Below are positions 1-9,290 of a DNA stretch of 64,000 nucleotides, piece by piece. Within the stretch, counting starts at the first letter, position 1; each line of letters starts with the position of its first letter. Position numbers and translations under genes: made by a program. The stretch spans positions 3,968,001 through 4,032,000 of the forward strand of contig OY762209.1 of NCBI GenBank assembly GCA_963665295.1, in the 5' to 3' direction. The DNA is from Syntrophorhabdaceae bacterium. Its GTDB lineage: Bacteria; Desulfobacterota; Syntrophorhabdia; Syntrophorhabdales; Syntrophorhabdaceae. The notes beneath the pieces are model-generated. The model was not told the DNA's origin. It was given only the letters and a program-made list of their open reading frames with translations, and searched no databases.

Positions 1-801
1 GGTGACAATGTCCATAAGAGGATTGGCTGCCGTATCAGTGAGACGTTTTACAACGCCGCTGACTCTCATGAGGTTACCGAACATGAGCATACCCATAAGG
101 GGCATAACAGCCGGGACCATCAAAGCAATGATGCCGCCGCAGATAAGGGGGAACAGGATAAGTTCGGTTCTGGAACATCTCCGCCCTATTTTCATTCTTA
201 TGAGACGCTCCTTGGGACTTGTCATAGCTCTCATAATCGGTGCCTGGATGATAGGCACCATGGACATGTAGGAATATGCCGCCAGTGTGTTCGCGCTTAG
301 AAGGTGCGGGGCCAACTTAGCGGTAAGATATATCGTTGTGGGACCGTCGGCGCCGCCGATGATACCAACCGAAGCAGCTTCTTTGATCGTGAAGCCCGCG
401 AGGATTGTTCCGGTAAATGTGATGAACACGCCCAACTGAGCCCCGGCCCCTATAAGGAGCATCTTCGGATTGGAAATCATGGGCTCAAAGTCGGTCATAG
501 CACCCAATCCAAGGAATATGAGGCACGGGATTATCTCCCAGAGAATGCCGTACTTATAAAAGAACTGCAACAACTCAGGATGCCCCTCCTGATACCCGAA
601 AAGCGGTGTGTTCGGGAAGTTTACCAGGAAAATTCCAAACCCGATGGGCAGGAGAAGCAGAGGCTCAAAATCCTTGACGATGGCCATATAGAGAAAGAAG
701 CACCCTATTGCCCACATGACGACATGCTGCCAAGTCAACGCGGGAAAACCCGTTGTCTTGAGCGTGCCGATTAGCAAATCCCAAATTTCATTCCAACTCA
801 T
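1..801 (-). CDS. oadB: Na+-translocating decarboxylase beta subunit (OadB/GcdB/MmdB family), 3' end runs off the window
   Basis: Not in the ORF track because it has no stop in the window. Manual translation from ATG 801 (GGAGG upstream) gives MSWNEIWDLL...FEPLLLLPIGFG...AAYSYMSMVPIIQAPIM...GMLMFGNLMRVSGVVKRL, which are family motifs. The substrate (oxaloacetate, glutaconyl-CoA or methylmalonyl-CoA) cannot be determined. Confidence 0.9.
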   Translation of the reverse strand, partial: MSWNEIWDLLIGTLKTTGFPALTWQHVVMWAIGCFFLYMAIVKDFEPLLLLPIGFGIFLVNFPNTPLFGYQEGHPELLQFFYKYGILWEIIPCLIFLGLGAMTDFEPMISNPKMLLIGAGAQLGVFITFTGTILAGFTIKEAASVGIIGGADGPTTIYLTAKLAPHLLSANTLAAYSYMSMVPIIQAPIMRAMTSPKERLIRMKIGRRCSRTELILFPLICGGIIALMVPAVMPLMGMLMFGNLMRVSGVVKRLTDTAANPLMDIVT

Positions 802-961
802 CAATAACCTCCTTCTGCGAGAATTTCGTGAAATATTTCTATTCCCAAGGGCCGCCCTATCCAAGGGCAGGAGGCACCCGGACTCAATCCTCGAACCAAG
901 AGCGTTGGATCTGCGTCGCCCTTGCGATCTTAATGAAAGATTTCACTTGAATTTATTATTT

Positions 962-990
962 ACGATATATTATTCCATAAGCCATGTCAA
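962..990 (-). promoter_or_regulatory. sigma70-type promoter for the decarboxylase beta gene
   Basis: TTGACA-N17-TATCGT on the minus strand in AT-rich intergenic DNA. Confidence 0.55.
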
Positions 991-1165
991 CTTCTTATTT
1001 TCATAATTCGTACACAAATTCACGTCCCATTAACCCTTCGAAGCGGTGCGACACGGTTCGCTCCCGATGCGGCCCGACAGGCCGGCAGCCTTACTCATCC
1101 CTTGTGCCAACCCGATGACGCCATTGAATCGAGCCCGCTTTTGTGTTAAGATCACGCCACAGCAC

Positions 1166-1525
1166 ATGGCTCTCATTCGTTCCATACCCCGGCGTAACCG
1201 CCGTAGACTCATCCGGGACCTATCGATCTTCTGGTGCGTAGTCTTCCTCGTCATCTTCGTATGGAGACACACCGCGATAGTGACGGTGATCCTCATCGCC
1301 TCATATGTTTTGAGGTATCTTTGCTGGCCTGACAACGAGGATCACGTTTTTTACATAGCAGGGGCAATTATCGGTTCCCTCACCGAGATCATTGCCACCA
1401 GGGCCGGCATCTGGAGCTACACTCTCCCCACATTCCTCAATATACCTGTATGGCTCCCCTTTGCGTGGGGATTCGCCGTGGTCCTGATCATCAGAATCGG
1501 CCAGGCTTTTGTAAGAAACCACTGA
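1166..1525 (+). CDS. small integral membrane protein (DUF2878-like)
   Basis: About 4 hydrophobic segments and E...AGIWSY...IPVWLPFAW; ATG 1166 lies just after TTGAAT-N17-TAAGAT. Confidence 0.6.
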   Translation: MALIRSIPRRNRRRLIRDLSIFWCVVFLVIFVWRHTAIVTVILIASYVLRYLCWPDNEDHVFYIAGAIIGSLTEIIATRAGIWSYTLPTFLNIPVWLPFAWGFAVVLIIRIGQAFVRNH

Positions 1526-1651
1526 ACTCCCCGTGGTCACCGGGACGCTCCATTCAACCGGGTCCGGCGCGACTGAGGTTTGCCCATTGTACATAAGATG
1601 GCCCCGGCGCGCCGACGCAGGGGCCATCGAGGATGTCCTCAAAGATACTGC

Positions 1652-2164
1652 TTATTTTGCTTTCTCGATCGGGTACTCAGCCTCGACCCAGGCTTTGATG
1701 CCACCCGGATGACGGTACACGTTTTTGTACCCAAGCTTCACCGCCCACATAGCCCCGTTGTGGCTCCTTGTACACTTAGTGAAACCACAGTAGAATACGA
1801 TAACGCGGTCTTTGTTCGTACCGAGCAGCTTCTCGAAGGCCGCTTTGGTCTTGTCGTCCAGTTTTGTCACTTCGGGTATAGGAAACTCAAAGCTTACCGC
1901 CCCCGGTATGTGCTGTTTCTTATAGCTGTCGGCGAAAGGCATCGTATCGACGACAAGCATGTCCTTCTTCTCATCGACCCATTTCTTCAACTCAGCTGTC
2001 GAGATAATCTGGTAGCCACCCCGCTCCACCTCTTTCGCAAAGGTAACTGCAACCTTCTCCTCGTCAAGCTCCTTAGTTCCCCAGGCAGCCGCGGCACTCA
2101 TGGCAAAACCCAGCACCAGAACCGCAACCGATACAGCGGCAAACAATTTCCCTCTCTTCACCAT
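1652..2164 (-). CDS. exported rhodanese-like domain protein
   Basis: Signal peptide (MVKRGKLFAAVSVAVLVLGFAMSAAAA), HIPGA, FYCGFTKCTRS and GGIKAW motifs; GGAGG before ATG 2164. Confidence 0.85.
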   Translation of the reverse strand: MVKRGKLFAAVSVAVLVLGFAMSAAAAWGTKELDEEKVAVTFAKEVERGGYQIISTAELKKWVDEKKDMLVVDTMPFADSYKKQHIPGAVSFEFPIPEVTKLDDKTKAAFEKLLGTNKDRVIVFYCGFTKCTRSHNGAMWAVKLGYKNVYRHPGGIKAWVEAEYPIEKAK

Positions 2165-2183
2165 CGTCGATCCTCCAATTTCT

Positions 2184-2711
2184 TTATTTGTTCCGAACAG
2201 GCACACCCACACGAGGCCCTATCCACCGGGCAAGGTAGAGAAAGGCCGCCACACCCATCAACCCCAAATCCCGATAAAGAGCTTGTGTGAGATTCTTGAT
2301 ACCTGCGACTTCCTCTGCGCCGAAACATCCGCAGTCAATCTCAAGGTTGTGAAGCACCCCGTACCAGAGAACAAAAACAAATAGTGAAAGGAGCCCTGAT
2401 ATAAGCGCCAGACTTCCCTTGATGTCGAAAACCAATCCTGTCCCCGCCACGGTTTCGATGAGCGGCAGCCCTATAGCCACGAGGGGCAAGAGTTCTTCCG
2501 GCACGAGACCGTATGCGGAGAGGGTCTTCGCGAAAACTTTGGGACTCAGTAATTTTGTAAAGCCACCATAAATGAATGGGATTGCGAGACCCAACCTGAG
2601 GACGATATAGGTCCAGGACAGCAATGATGCCTTCGATACCCTAAGCAGCCTGCCCGGGCCGGAATGGGCCCACTCCCTCTGTCCTTGTAAAGTTGGCATT
2701 CGGTCCTTCAT
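2184..2711 (-). CDS. MauE/DoxX-family membrane protein
   Basis: Hydrophobic helices, FIYGGFTKL, LPLIE, IDCGCFG and RDL motifs; the start may lie further downstream. Confidence 0.8.
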   Translation of the reverse strand: MKDRMPTLQGQREWAHSGPGRLLRVSKASLLSWTYIVLRLGLAIPFIYGGFTKLLSPKVFAKTLSAYGLVPEELLPLVAIGLPLIETVAGTGLVFDIKGSLALISGLLSLFVFVLWYGVLHNLEIDCGCFGAEEVAGIKNLTQALYRDLGLMGVAAFLYLARWIGPRVGVPVRNK

Positions 2712-2793
2712 TGATTGAAAGAAAGATAAATCGTGGTATAGTATAAGTCAAATCGAAATTATCTATTAGAACCAACGCACTTAGAGGCCCGGC

Positions 2794-3816
2794 TTATGGG
2801 AACGCACCAGGGCAGGAGGAGAGACTATGTGCAGCATACTCATTCCGGGACCAGTCAAGCTTCATGACCTCTTCCATAACAGATACGAGGTCTCCCTTGG
2901 TCTCCGCCCGAAAGGCGCTGTCGCGCAACGGTTTTACTCCCGCCAGTCCTCTCGTGTACCAGATGAAGAATTTTCGAAAACTGCTTACCCCCTTCCTTTC
3001 CCCGTAATGTTCTGTTACCAAGGCCAAATGATCCCGCATCACTTCCACAATTTCCCCGGCACTTGGTTTCTTCACCGGGAGTCCCCCCTCAAACAACGAG
3101 CGTAGCTCGCTGAATAGCCATGGGTTTCCCAGGCAGCCCCTGGCTATTGCCACACCGTCGCAGCCCGTGGCGGCAAACATCGCCTGTACCGACTCTATCG
3201 TCATGTTGTCTCCGCTTGCGATAACAGGTATCCGGATCGACTCCTTCACGTCCTTGATCACCCCGTAGTCGACAGTCCCGCTGTAGCCCTGGACCTTCGT
3301 CCTCCCATGGATGAACAGGGCGCTCACGCCCGCGGCCTCGGCGCGAAGAGCCACGTCCCTTGCATTGACGGAATGTTCATCCCAACCCGACCTTATTTTT
3401 ACCGTGACAGGCACAGGAGACCACTCCACCAGGATCTCGAGTATTTCTCCCAACCTGTCCGGCTCTCTGAGCAGCGCCGCCCCCATCCCTTTCCGCGTCA
3501 ATTTCGGCGCCGGACACGCCGCATTAAAATCCAGCAGGTCAAAATCATAGCCATCCAGCATTTCCAAAGCCCTCAGGATGTACGTATCGTCATTGCCCAC
3601 TAATTGCACTCCCAGGGGCCTGTCGATCGGATCCGACGTGAGCATATGTACCGTCCGCCTGTCCCGGTGGCTTAGAGCCCTCGCGTCGATCATTTCAGTG
3701 AAGGCAAGAGGGGCGCCCCGGCTTCGGGTAATAAGTCTGAAGGGAAGATCGCTCACCCCCGCCATGGGTGCGATCATACAGGGAATGGGCAAGGTAAGGT
3801 TACCGATGGCAAGCAC
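2794..3816 (-). CDS. dusB: tRNA-dihydrouridine synthase DusB
   Basis: APMAGVSDLPFR, TEM, DFNAACP, GAALL, VTVKIRSGWD, IHGRT and ARGCLGNPWLF. Confidence 0.9.
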   Translation of the reverse strand: MLAIGNLTLPIPCMIAPMAGVSDLPFRLITRSRGAPLAFTEMIDARALSHRDRRTVHMLTSDPIDRPLGVQLVGNDDTYILRALEMLDGYDFDLLDFNAACPAPKLTRKGMGAALLREPDRLGEILEILVEWSPVPVTVKIRSGWDEHSVNARDVALRAEAAGVSALFIHGRTKVQGYSGTVDYGVIKDVKESIRIPVIASGDNMTIESVQAMFAATGCDGVAIARGCLGNPWLFSELRSLFEGGLPVKKPSAGEIVEVMRDHLALVTEHYGERKGVSSFRKFFIWYTRGLAGVKPLRDSAFRAETKGDLVSVMEEVMKLDWSRNEYAAHSLSSCPGAFP

Positions 3817-3821
3817 CAGTA

Positions 3822-3851
3822 ATTGTAGACTTACGGGTACGTCGGTGTCAA
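3822..3851 (-). promoter_or_regulatory. sigma70 promoter abutting the dusB start (leaderless geometry)
   Basis: TTGACA-N18-TACAAT-N5-GTG. Confidence 0.65.
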
Positions 3852-3953
3852 CTGAACCGCTTTCGCCGGGATGCGGCGTCCGCCGTCCGACGGAACCCTT
3901 CTATAGCGGACTCATTAGAAACATGCATCGCAGAGAGGTGTTTCCGGAATTCC

Positions 3954-3984
3954 GGGTGACCGGTCACGCCCGGACCGGTCACCC
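3954..3984 (-). terminator. stem-loop downstream of the small Pro-rich gene, probable terminator
   Basis: 12-bp perfect inverted repeat GGGTGACCGGTC / GACCGGTCACCC with a 7-nt loop; no clear U tract. Confidence 0.4.
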
Positions 3985-4006
3985 CATGATTGGTGGGAGT
4001 ACTGAC

Positions 4007-4297
4007 TTAATAGGGATATACATATGCGCGAGGCGGGGGCGGGGTATAATAATAAGCCCGCGGAGGAGGAGGGGCGTAGTATGCGGGAGGAGGGGCATAG
4101 TAAGTGCGTGGAGGAGGAGTCATTGCGCTTGCGATAATTCCGCCCAGCACAAGTCCGCCCACCGCTGCCCCTGCAATGGCCCACCCGTTACCACCGTGAT
4201 GGTAATAGCCGCCACGGGCCCAGGCTTCATTCGTCATTGGCGAGATTGCCATGAGGAGCATACCTACAACAGATACTATCACAATGGTTTTCTTCAT
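4007..4297 (-). CDS. small secreted Gly/Pro/Tyr-rich protein
   Basis: Signal peptide ending AWA, glycine-zipper-like AIAGAAVGGLVLGG, YYAPPP repeats; AGGAGG RBS. Confidence 0.8.
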   Translation of the reverse strand: MKKTIVIVSVVGMLLMAISPMTNEAWARGGYYHHGGNGWAIAGAAVGGLVLGGIIASAMTPPPRTYYAPPPAYYAPPPPRAYYYTPPPPRAYVYPY

Positions 4298-4362
4298 ATC
4301 AGCCTCCTGGTCTCATGGGACCTTTGGTCCTCTTTGATTCGCTGCGTCATTGATATTCAGGT

Positions 4363-4378
4363 TGCAAAATGAATGCCA
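4363..4378 (-). promoter_or_regulatory. sigma54 (-24/-12) promoter
   Basis: TGGCATTCATTTTGCA, exact GG-N10-GC spacing, about 65 bp upstream of the 4297 start. Confidence 0.75.
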
Positions 4379-4452
4379 GTCCGGAGAAACAGCCCAAGTA
4401 TGCGAAATTATGCCTGTCGTGCGGAAAATGGTAGTATTTCCTCTTGCCGCCG

Positions 4453-4499
4453 AGGAAAAAATTGTCGAATGGCGCCTCCTCCGCCGACAAGATGGTCGG
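4453..4499. promoter_or_regulatory. paired enhancer (bEBP) sites
   Basis: CCGACAAGATGGTCGG at 4484-4499 and degenerate AGGAAAAAATTGTCGA at 4453-4468, 31 bp apart; same motif as 51711-51756. Confidence 0.6.
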
Positions 4500-4593
4500 T
4501 GATTGAGGGCCGCGCGAAACAACGCATCGGCAGACAAGGGTTATTCTCCTCGCCTGCCGCTAGGGATGATACAACTGTCCGACTTAAGGTGCT

Positions 4594-6030
4594 CTACTTG
4601 TCTATGCCTGCCAGTCGTTTGGCGGCGCGTTTCTTGCTTTCCAAATCGCTTTCACGGAAGATAGTAACCCGATGGGCCTCCGGAGAACCTCCGCCGTGAA
4701 TATCGGATATGATGTCCGCACTTTCAAGGGCCATCTTTTCCACCAGTCTGTACATCTTGACCCGATCTTCCACCGCGACGTTATCCACGGCCTTAAGGTA
4801 CTTCCTCAAGAGGTCGCCGATCTCGGGGTTCTGAAAATCTCTGTCGGAGGGCAGATCGGCCACAAAACCGCCGCACGCGTCTATCATGAGCCTGATGGCT
4901 TCCGAAAGCTCCTTACCTTCATGAATCTTGGAGGCGTTTGCAAGCACCGTATCAATGAAGTAGGTTCCCGAGGGCTGTTTCTTCCCTTCGTAGGAAGATG
5001 CGAGACAGCAACCATAGAGAGTCTCTGCCCTGTGGATCATGTCAATAACCTTTTGTTTCAGATGGGCGGCCTTGGACGTGCCGTTGTACTCCATCAGCGT
5101 GAGGGCCGCGCCGACCATACAATCGATCTTGCCCGACTTGCATCCGCCATGGCTCTGGCGGTGCAGGGACGAGAACTTCACCACAAGATCCTGCGCGAAT
5201 TCTGCTTCACCACACATAAACACCCGCTCCCAGGGTACGAATACGTCATCGAATATGAGGGTCGGGCAATACTTGGAGTAATACACGTTGCCTATGTCGC
5301 AGCCATCCAGCTCTCTCATGTCCAGAGTGGATCTGCCTACCACATGGATCAGACCCTTTGTGTCGGACGGAATGGCGAAGGAGACTGCGTAATCCTTGTC
5401 CGCTTTGCCTAAAGCCCTGCTGGGAAGTACGATGATCTCGTGAGAAGAAAGGGATCCGGTCTGATGCGCCTTTGCGCCGCGGACGACAATTCCGTCGTCA
5501 CGACGTTCCACTACGTGGACGAACATATCGGGATCAGCCTGCTCGTGGGGACTCAGAGAACGATCCCCCTTCACATCGGTTACGCCCGCGTTGCCCGTGA
5601 GGTCGTTTTTCTGCATATGTTTCAGAAATTCGAGAAAGTTCTTGTTGTAGTTCGTACCGTACTTCTGATCTATGTCGTAAGTCACGATAGACAGGCTGGA
5701 CAGGCAATCAAGACCTGTACAACGCTGGTGACATGTGCCCACGAAGTTTGCCATCTTGCGATTTACCTTAACCCGGGCCACCAGGTCTTCTACGCTGGAA
5801 GGCGGCAGATTGAACCGGCTCACCGGCTCATTGATAAGGGGGCTCATCGTCACAAAGAGATCCTTATTTTCTTCCTTTTCCGCCATTTCATATGTAGCTG
5901 CCGTTGCCTCAATTCCTGCACGAAGACGGGGGTTATCCACAATATTCGTGACACGCTCTCCAAACATGTATGCCGTGGGTTTGAGAGCCCGTATCGATTC
6001 GATATACTCCTCTTTTGTTTTTAGACCCAT
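4594..6030 (-). CDS. abfD: 4-hydroxybutyryl-CoA dehydratase / vinylacetyl-CoA isomerase family (FAD, [4Fe-4S])
   Basis: CHQRCTGLD, TDVKGDRS, GAKAHQTG, HRQSHGGCK and HGGGSPEA; the Cys/His cluster ligands distinguish it from HpaB oxygenases. Confidence 0.82.
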   Translation of the reverse strand: MGLKTKEEYIESIRALKPTAYMFGERVTNIVDNPRLRAGIEATAATYEMAEKEENKDLFVTMSPLINEPVSRFNLPPSSVEDLVARVKVNRKMANFVGTCHQRCTGLDCLSSLSIVTYDIDQKYGTNYNKNFLEFLKHMQKNDLTGNAGVTDVKGDRSLSPHEQADPDMFVHVVERRDDGIVVRGAKAHQTGSLSSHEIIVLPSRALGKADKDYAVSFAIPSDTKGLIHVVGRSTLDMRELDGCDIGNVYYSKYCPTLIFDDVFVPWERVFMCGEAEFAQDLVVKFSSLHRQSHGGCKSGKIDCMVGAALTLMEYNGTSKAAHLKQKVIDMIHRAETLYGCCLASSYEGKKQPSGTYFIDTVLANASKIHEGKELSEAIRLMIDACGGFVADLPSDRDFQNPEIGDLLRKYLKAVDNVAVEDRVKMYRLVEKMALESADIISDIHGGGSPEAHRVTIFRESDLESKKRAAKRLAGIDK

Positions 6031-6080
6031 AGTGTCTACCTCCTTCTTCGTTAAATAAGATACATTATGTTACGGGCGAT

Positions 6081-6782
6081 TCAGAATTCCGAACGTTCCT
6101 GTTCCGCCAGCATTTTCTTGACGCTCGACAGGACCTGCACCTTCACGTTGGTGATGTGGTTTTTGACGATTGTCTGGGCTCTTTCCATGCTCCGCAACGC
6201 AACAGCATCGTATATCTCCTGATGCGCCTGATCCGTAGCCGTAAGCGATGCCACGGGAAAGTAGTTGCCGCCATACTTGAGGAACAGCATTTCAAAAACA
6301 TTCTGTAATATGCGGATTTGTGTTGCCTTGCCCGAGAGGGACGCGAGGGTCATATGAAATTCCCTGTTCTTGAAAAGCCGCTCCTTTAAATAGAACTCTC
6401 TCTCCGCGGAAAGATGTGCCTCAAGGGCCGCCTTCAATTCTCCGAGGCCCCTTTTATCAATGCGCTGAATAGTCGCGGACACGAGGGACGGTTCGATAAG
6501 TTCTCTCAACTCATAGAGCTCTTCCATTTCCTTGAGGCTGAAAGGGGCCATCGAATAGCCGCGGTTCGGCTCGTGGTGCACAAACCCCTGGAGTTCCAGC
6601 CACTTGAGGGCCTGAATGATGGGCGTAGGGCTCAGTTGGAGTTTCTCGGCGAGATCGCGATACGCGATCCTTTGACCCGGTACCAGTTCCTTGTTGTAAA
6701 GCATGCGACGGATTCCCTGGTACGCGATCTGGCTGCTGTCTTCCTGTTGTTTTGGGTTATTTTCTGTCTTATGTTCGCTCAT
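6081..6782 (-). CDS. GntR-family (FadR/FCD) transcriptional regulator
   Basis: Winged HTH (LVPGQRI..DLAEKLQLSPTPIIQALKWLELQGFV) and FCD domain (NREFHMTL, AHQEIYDA, NHI). Confidence 0.88.
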   Translation of the reverse strand: MSEHKTENNPKQQEDSSQIAYQGIRRMLYNKELVPGQRIAYRDLAEKLQLSPTPIIQALKWLELQGFVHHEPNRGYSMAPFSLKEMEELYELRELIEPSLVSATIQRIDKRGLGELKAALEAHLSAEREFYLKERLFKNREFHMTLASLSGKATQIRILQNVFEMLFLKYGGNYFPVASLTATDQAHQEIYDAVALRSMERAQTIVKNHITNVKVQVLSSVKKMLAEQERSEF

Positions 6783-6787
6783 GACTA

Positions 6788-6816
6788 ATTGTAGCTCAAT
6801 TAAATTACATTTGCAA
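6788..6816 (-). promoter_or_regulatory. sigma70 promoter abutting the gntR start (leaderless geometry)
   Basis: TTGCAA-N17-TACAAT-N5-ATG. Confidence 0.6.
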
Positions 6817-7032
6817 TTAAATTTTGTGCAATCCATAACTTTTTTTTGGTCCTCCGCGAAGTGTGACAATTTTACAACTAAAATCGCGAAGGCAGGACCC
6901 CTCCCCTAAATGGATATCTTTCTTCCGAAGCCGTTGGGGAATGGCCTTGTGACAATCAGTTGCGTATTTGAGGTCAATTTCTACCCCGCGTATCCTGTAA
7001 TTCACAATACAATTAAATATACGATTTTGTTA

Positions 7033-7061
7033 TTGACATAACTGACAGGCAATTCTATACT
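7033..7061 (+). promoter_or_regulatory. sigma70 promoter for the sucCD-like operon
   Basis: TTGACA-N17-TATACT. Confidence 0.75.
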
Positions 7062-7131
7062 TCACGGGTATTGGGCTCACGCGAAAGGTGTGCGCACCGT
7101 ACAAAACAAATTCAAAGGAACATAAACCATT

Positions 7132-8271
7132 ATGAGACTTCATGAATATGAGGCACTAGACATCTTTGAGGAAGTCGGAATTCCTGTTCCCCGCCGCGGT
7201 GTGGCAGGGACGATGCACGAGGCCCTCCATCTTGCGGGCGAAATAGGATACCCCGTTATGTTGAAGGCCCAGGTGCTTGTCGGCGGCCGCGGACTCGCCG
7301 GGGGCATCAAGACGGCGTCTTCACCGGACGAGCTCAAAGAAATGGCCGACTCTTTGTTCAGCTCCGACATCAAAGGCCTGCCCGTCAACAAGATCCTCGT
7401 CTGCGAGAAGGCGGACGTCGCAAGGGAGCTTTACGTGGGCCTCACAGTGGACGGGTATTCCGGCACCCCGGTGATCGTAGTCAGCACCGAAGGTGGCGTC
7501 AGGATCGAGGAAACAGCAAGAACGTCGCCCCAGAAGATAGCGGCAATTCATATAGACCCCTCTTTCGGCTATTATCCCTATCAGGCACGGAGCCTGCTCA
7601 GGATGCTCGGCCTTAAGCAGCAACTCATTACCGCCTGGACGGACGTGATCGGCCAACTGTACAACGTCGCTGTCCGTTACGAAGCCCTTATCTGCGAGGT
7701 AAACCCCCTCGTTGTCCTTCCCAACGGCGGTCTGCTTGCCGTTGACGCAGTCCTCGAAGTGGACGATTCCGCAGTTTCCAGGGTGCGCAAGCCACTTCCC
7801 GACCGTATCGGCCGCATAGAAAACCCCCTCGAACGGAGAGGTAAGGAGATCGGTGTTACCTACGTTGACCTTGACGGTGATATCGGCATCATATCCTCCG
7901 GCGCCGGACTCGGCATGGCCTCCATGGACATTATCGGAGAAAAGATGAAACCTGCCAACTTTCTGGAAACGGGTGGCGGCATTACCGCTGATCTCCTCTA
8001 CAGATGCATGGAACTCATTATGAGGAAACCAGGCTTGCGAGCCGTATTCATCAACGTTTACGGCGGCATAAATCCTATCCACGAAGGCGCCAAGGGCGTG
8101 ATCCGCTATATGAACGAACATAACGTCAAAATTCCCGTCGTGGCCAAAGCCCTGGGAAATCGTCAGGAAGAAACGTGGGAGATATTCCGCTCCGGCGGAG
8201 TGCACGTGGTCACCGAAGCGGCTACCGAAAAGGCCGTGGATCGTCTTTACCAACTGGTGGGAGGGAACTGA
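7132..8271 (+). CDS. sucC: succinate-CoA ligase-like (ADP-forming acyl-CoA synthetase) beta subunit, divergent paralog
   Basis: MRLHEYEA, KAQVLVGGRGLAGG, STEGGV, EVNPL, YVDLDGDIG, GAGLGMA and ANFLETGGG. Confidence 0.8.
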   Translation: MRLHEYEALDIFEEVGIPVPRRGVAGTMHEALHLAGEIGYPVMLKAQVLVGGRGLAGGIKTASSPDELKEMADSLFSSDIKGLPVNKILVCEKADVARELYVGLTVDGYSGTPVIVVSTEGGVRIEETARTSPQKIAAIHIDPSFGYYPYQARSLLRMLGLKQQLITAWTDVIGQLYNVAVRYEALICEVNPLVVLPNGGLLAVDAVLEVDDSAVSRVRKPLPDRIGRIENPLERRGKEIGVTYVDLDGDIGIISSGAGLGMASMDIIGEKMKPANFLETGGGITADLLYRCMELIMRKPGLRAVFINVYGGINPIHEGAKGVIRYMNEHNVKIPVVAKALGNRQEETWEIFRSGGVHVVTEAATEKAVDRLYQLVGGN

Positions 8272-8350
8272 TGACCGCTATATCCGTCAAACCCGGCTCA
8301 CATCCTTTTGCACATATACTAAATGACAAGAGTTATATAGAGGTTTACTC

Positions 8351-9223
8351 ATGAGCATATTGATCGATGATTCAACCCGCGTTATTGTCCAGGGCATCAC
8401 CGGCCGGATCGGAAGCGCCCAGACCCACTGGATGCTCGATTACGGAACAAAGGTGGTGGGTGGCGTTACACCCGGCAAGGGGGGCTCCACTGTAGAGGGA
8501 GTTCCCGTCTTCGACAGCGTAAGCGAAGCCGTGAGGGAAACGGGAGCCAACGCTTCTGTCTTCTTTGTCCCTGCCGCTTTTGTTCTCGACGCCTTTCTCG
8601 AGACCATCGATGCAGGAATCAAATTGATCGTCATAGTTCCCGAACACATCCCTGTGAGGGATGTGGTGAGAATGCGCAGTTACGCCACTGAAAAGGGAGT
8701 TTTTGCCCTCGGACCCACAACCCCGGGTATCCTTGTTCCCGGGAAGGGTAAAATGGGTATCATGCCCGCATCCCTTTTCGCCCCGGGCCGAGTGGGCATC
8801 ATTTCCAGGAGCGGCACATTATCCTACGAATTCGCCGGCATACTCTCCGAATGCAACGTGGGCCAAAGCACCGTCATCGGCATGGGCGCCGACCCCGTCG
8901 TACTCCGCAACCTGGCAGATATCCTGGAACTTTTCGAGGAAGACGAAGGCACCGATGCGGTTATTATCGTGGGTGAGGTAGGTGGTGAGCAGGAAGAGAA
9001 AGCTGCCGGCTTCATCTCCCGGAAGATGACCAAGCCCGTGGCCGCGTATATCGCGGGGCGCCACTCACCTCAGGGCAAACGCATGGGCCACGCGGGTGCG
9101 ATCGTGCGCGGAACCTCGGGAACCGTTGAAGGCAAACATGAAGCATTGCGCGCCGCCGGGGCGGAAGTCCTCGAAAGTCCGATACACGCCGCCCGGTGGG
9201 CAGAGAAACATAACCTCAAGTAA
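8351..9223 (+). CDS. sucD: succinate-CoA ligase-like alpha subunit
   Basis: VIVQGITG, VGGVTPGKGG, SRSGTLSYE, GEVGG and phospho-His motif RMGHAGA. Confidence 0.85.
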   Translation: MSILIDDSTRVIVQGITGRIGSAQTHWMLDYGTKVVGGVTPGKGGSTVEGVPVFDSVSEAVRETGANASVFFVPAAFVLDAFLETIDAGIKLIVIVPEHIPVRDVVRMRSYATEKGVFALGPTTPGILVPGKGKMGIMPASLFAPGRVGIISRSGTLSYEFAGILSECNVGQSTVIGMGADPVVLRNLADILELFEEDEGTDAVIIVGEVGGEQEEKAAGFISRKMTKPVAAYIAGRHSPQGKRMGHAGAIVRGTSGTVEGKHEALRAAGAEVLESPIHAARWAEKHNLK

Positions 9224-9242
9224 CTCTCCCCTATCAACATCG

Positions 9243-9268
9243 CGGCCGCCCGCTCGCACGGGCGGCCG
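9243..9268 (+). terminator. probable intrinsic terminator after the sucD-like gene
   Basis: 10-bp GC stem CGGCCGCCCG / CGGGCGGCCG followed by an AT-rich tract. Confidence 0.5.
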
Positions 9269-9290
9269 TATAATAATTTCCTCCCACCCA

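Noticed and set aside
4594..6030. 4-hydroxyphenylacetate 3-monooxygenase (HpaB)
   Set aside because: Same fold, but the Fe-S ligand motifs and the anaerobic context indicate the dehydratase branch
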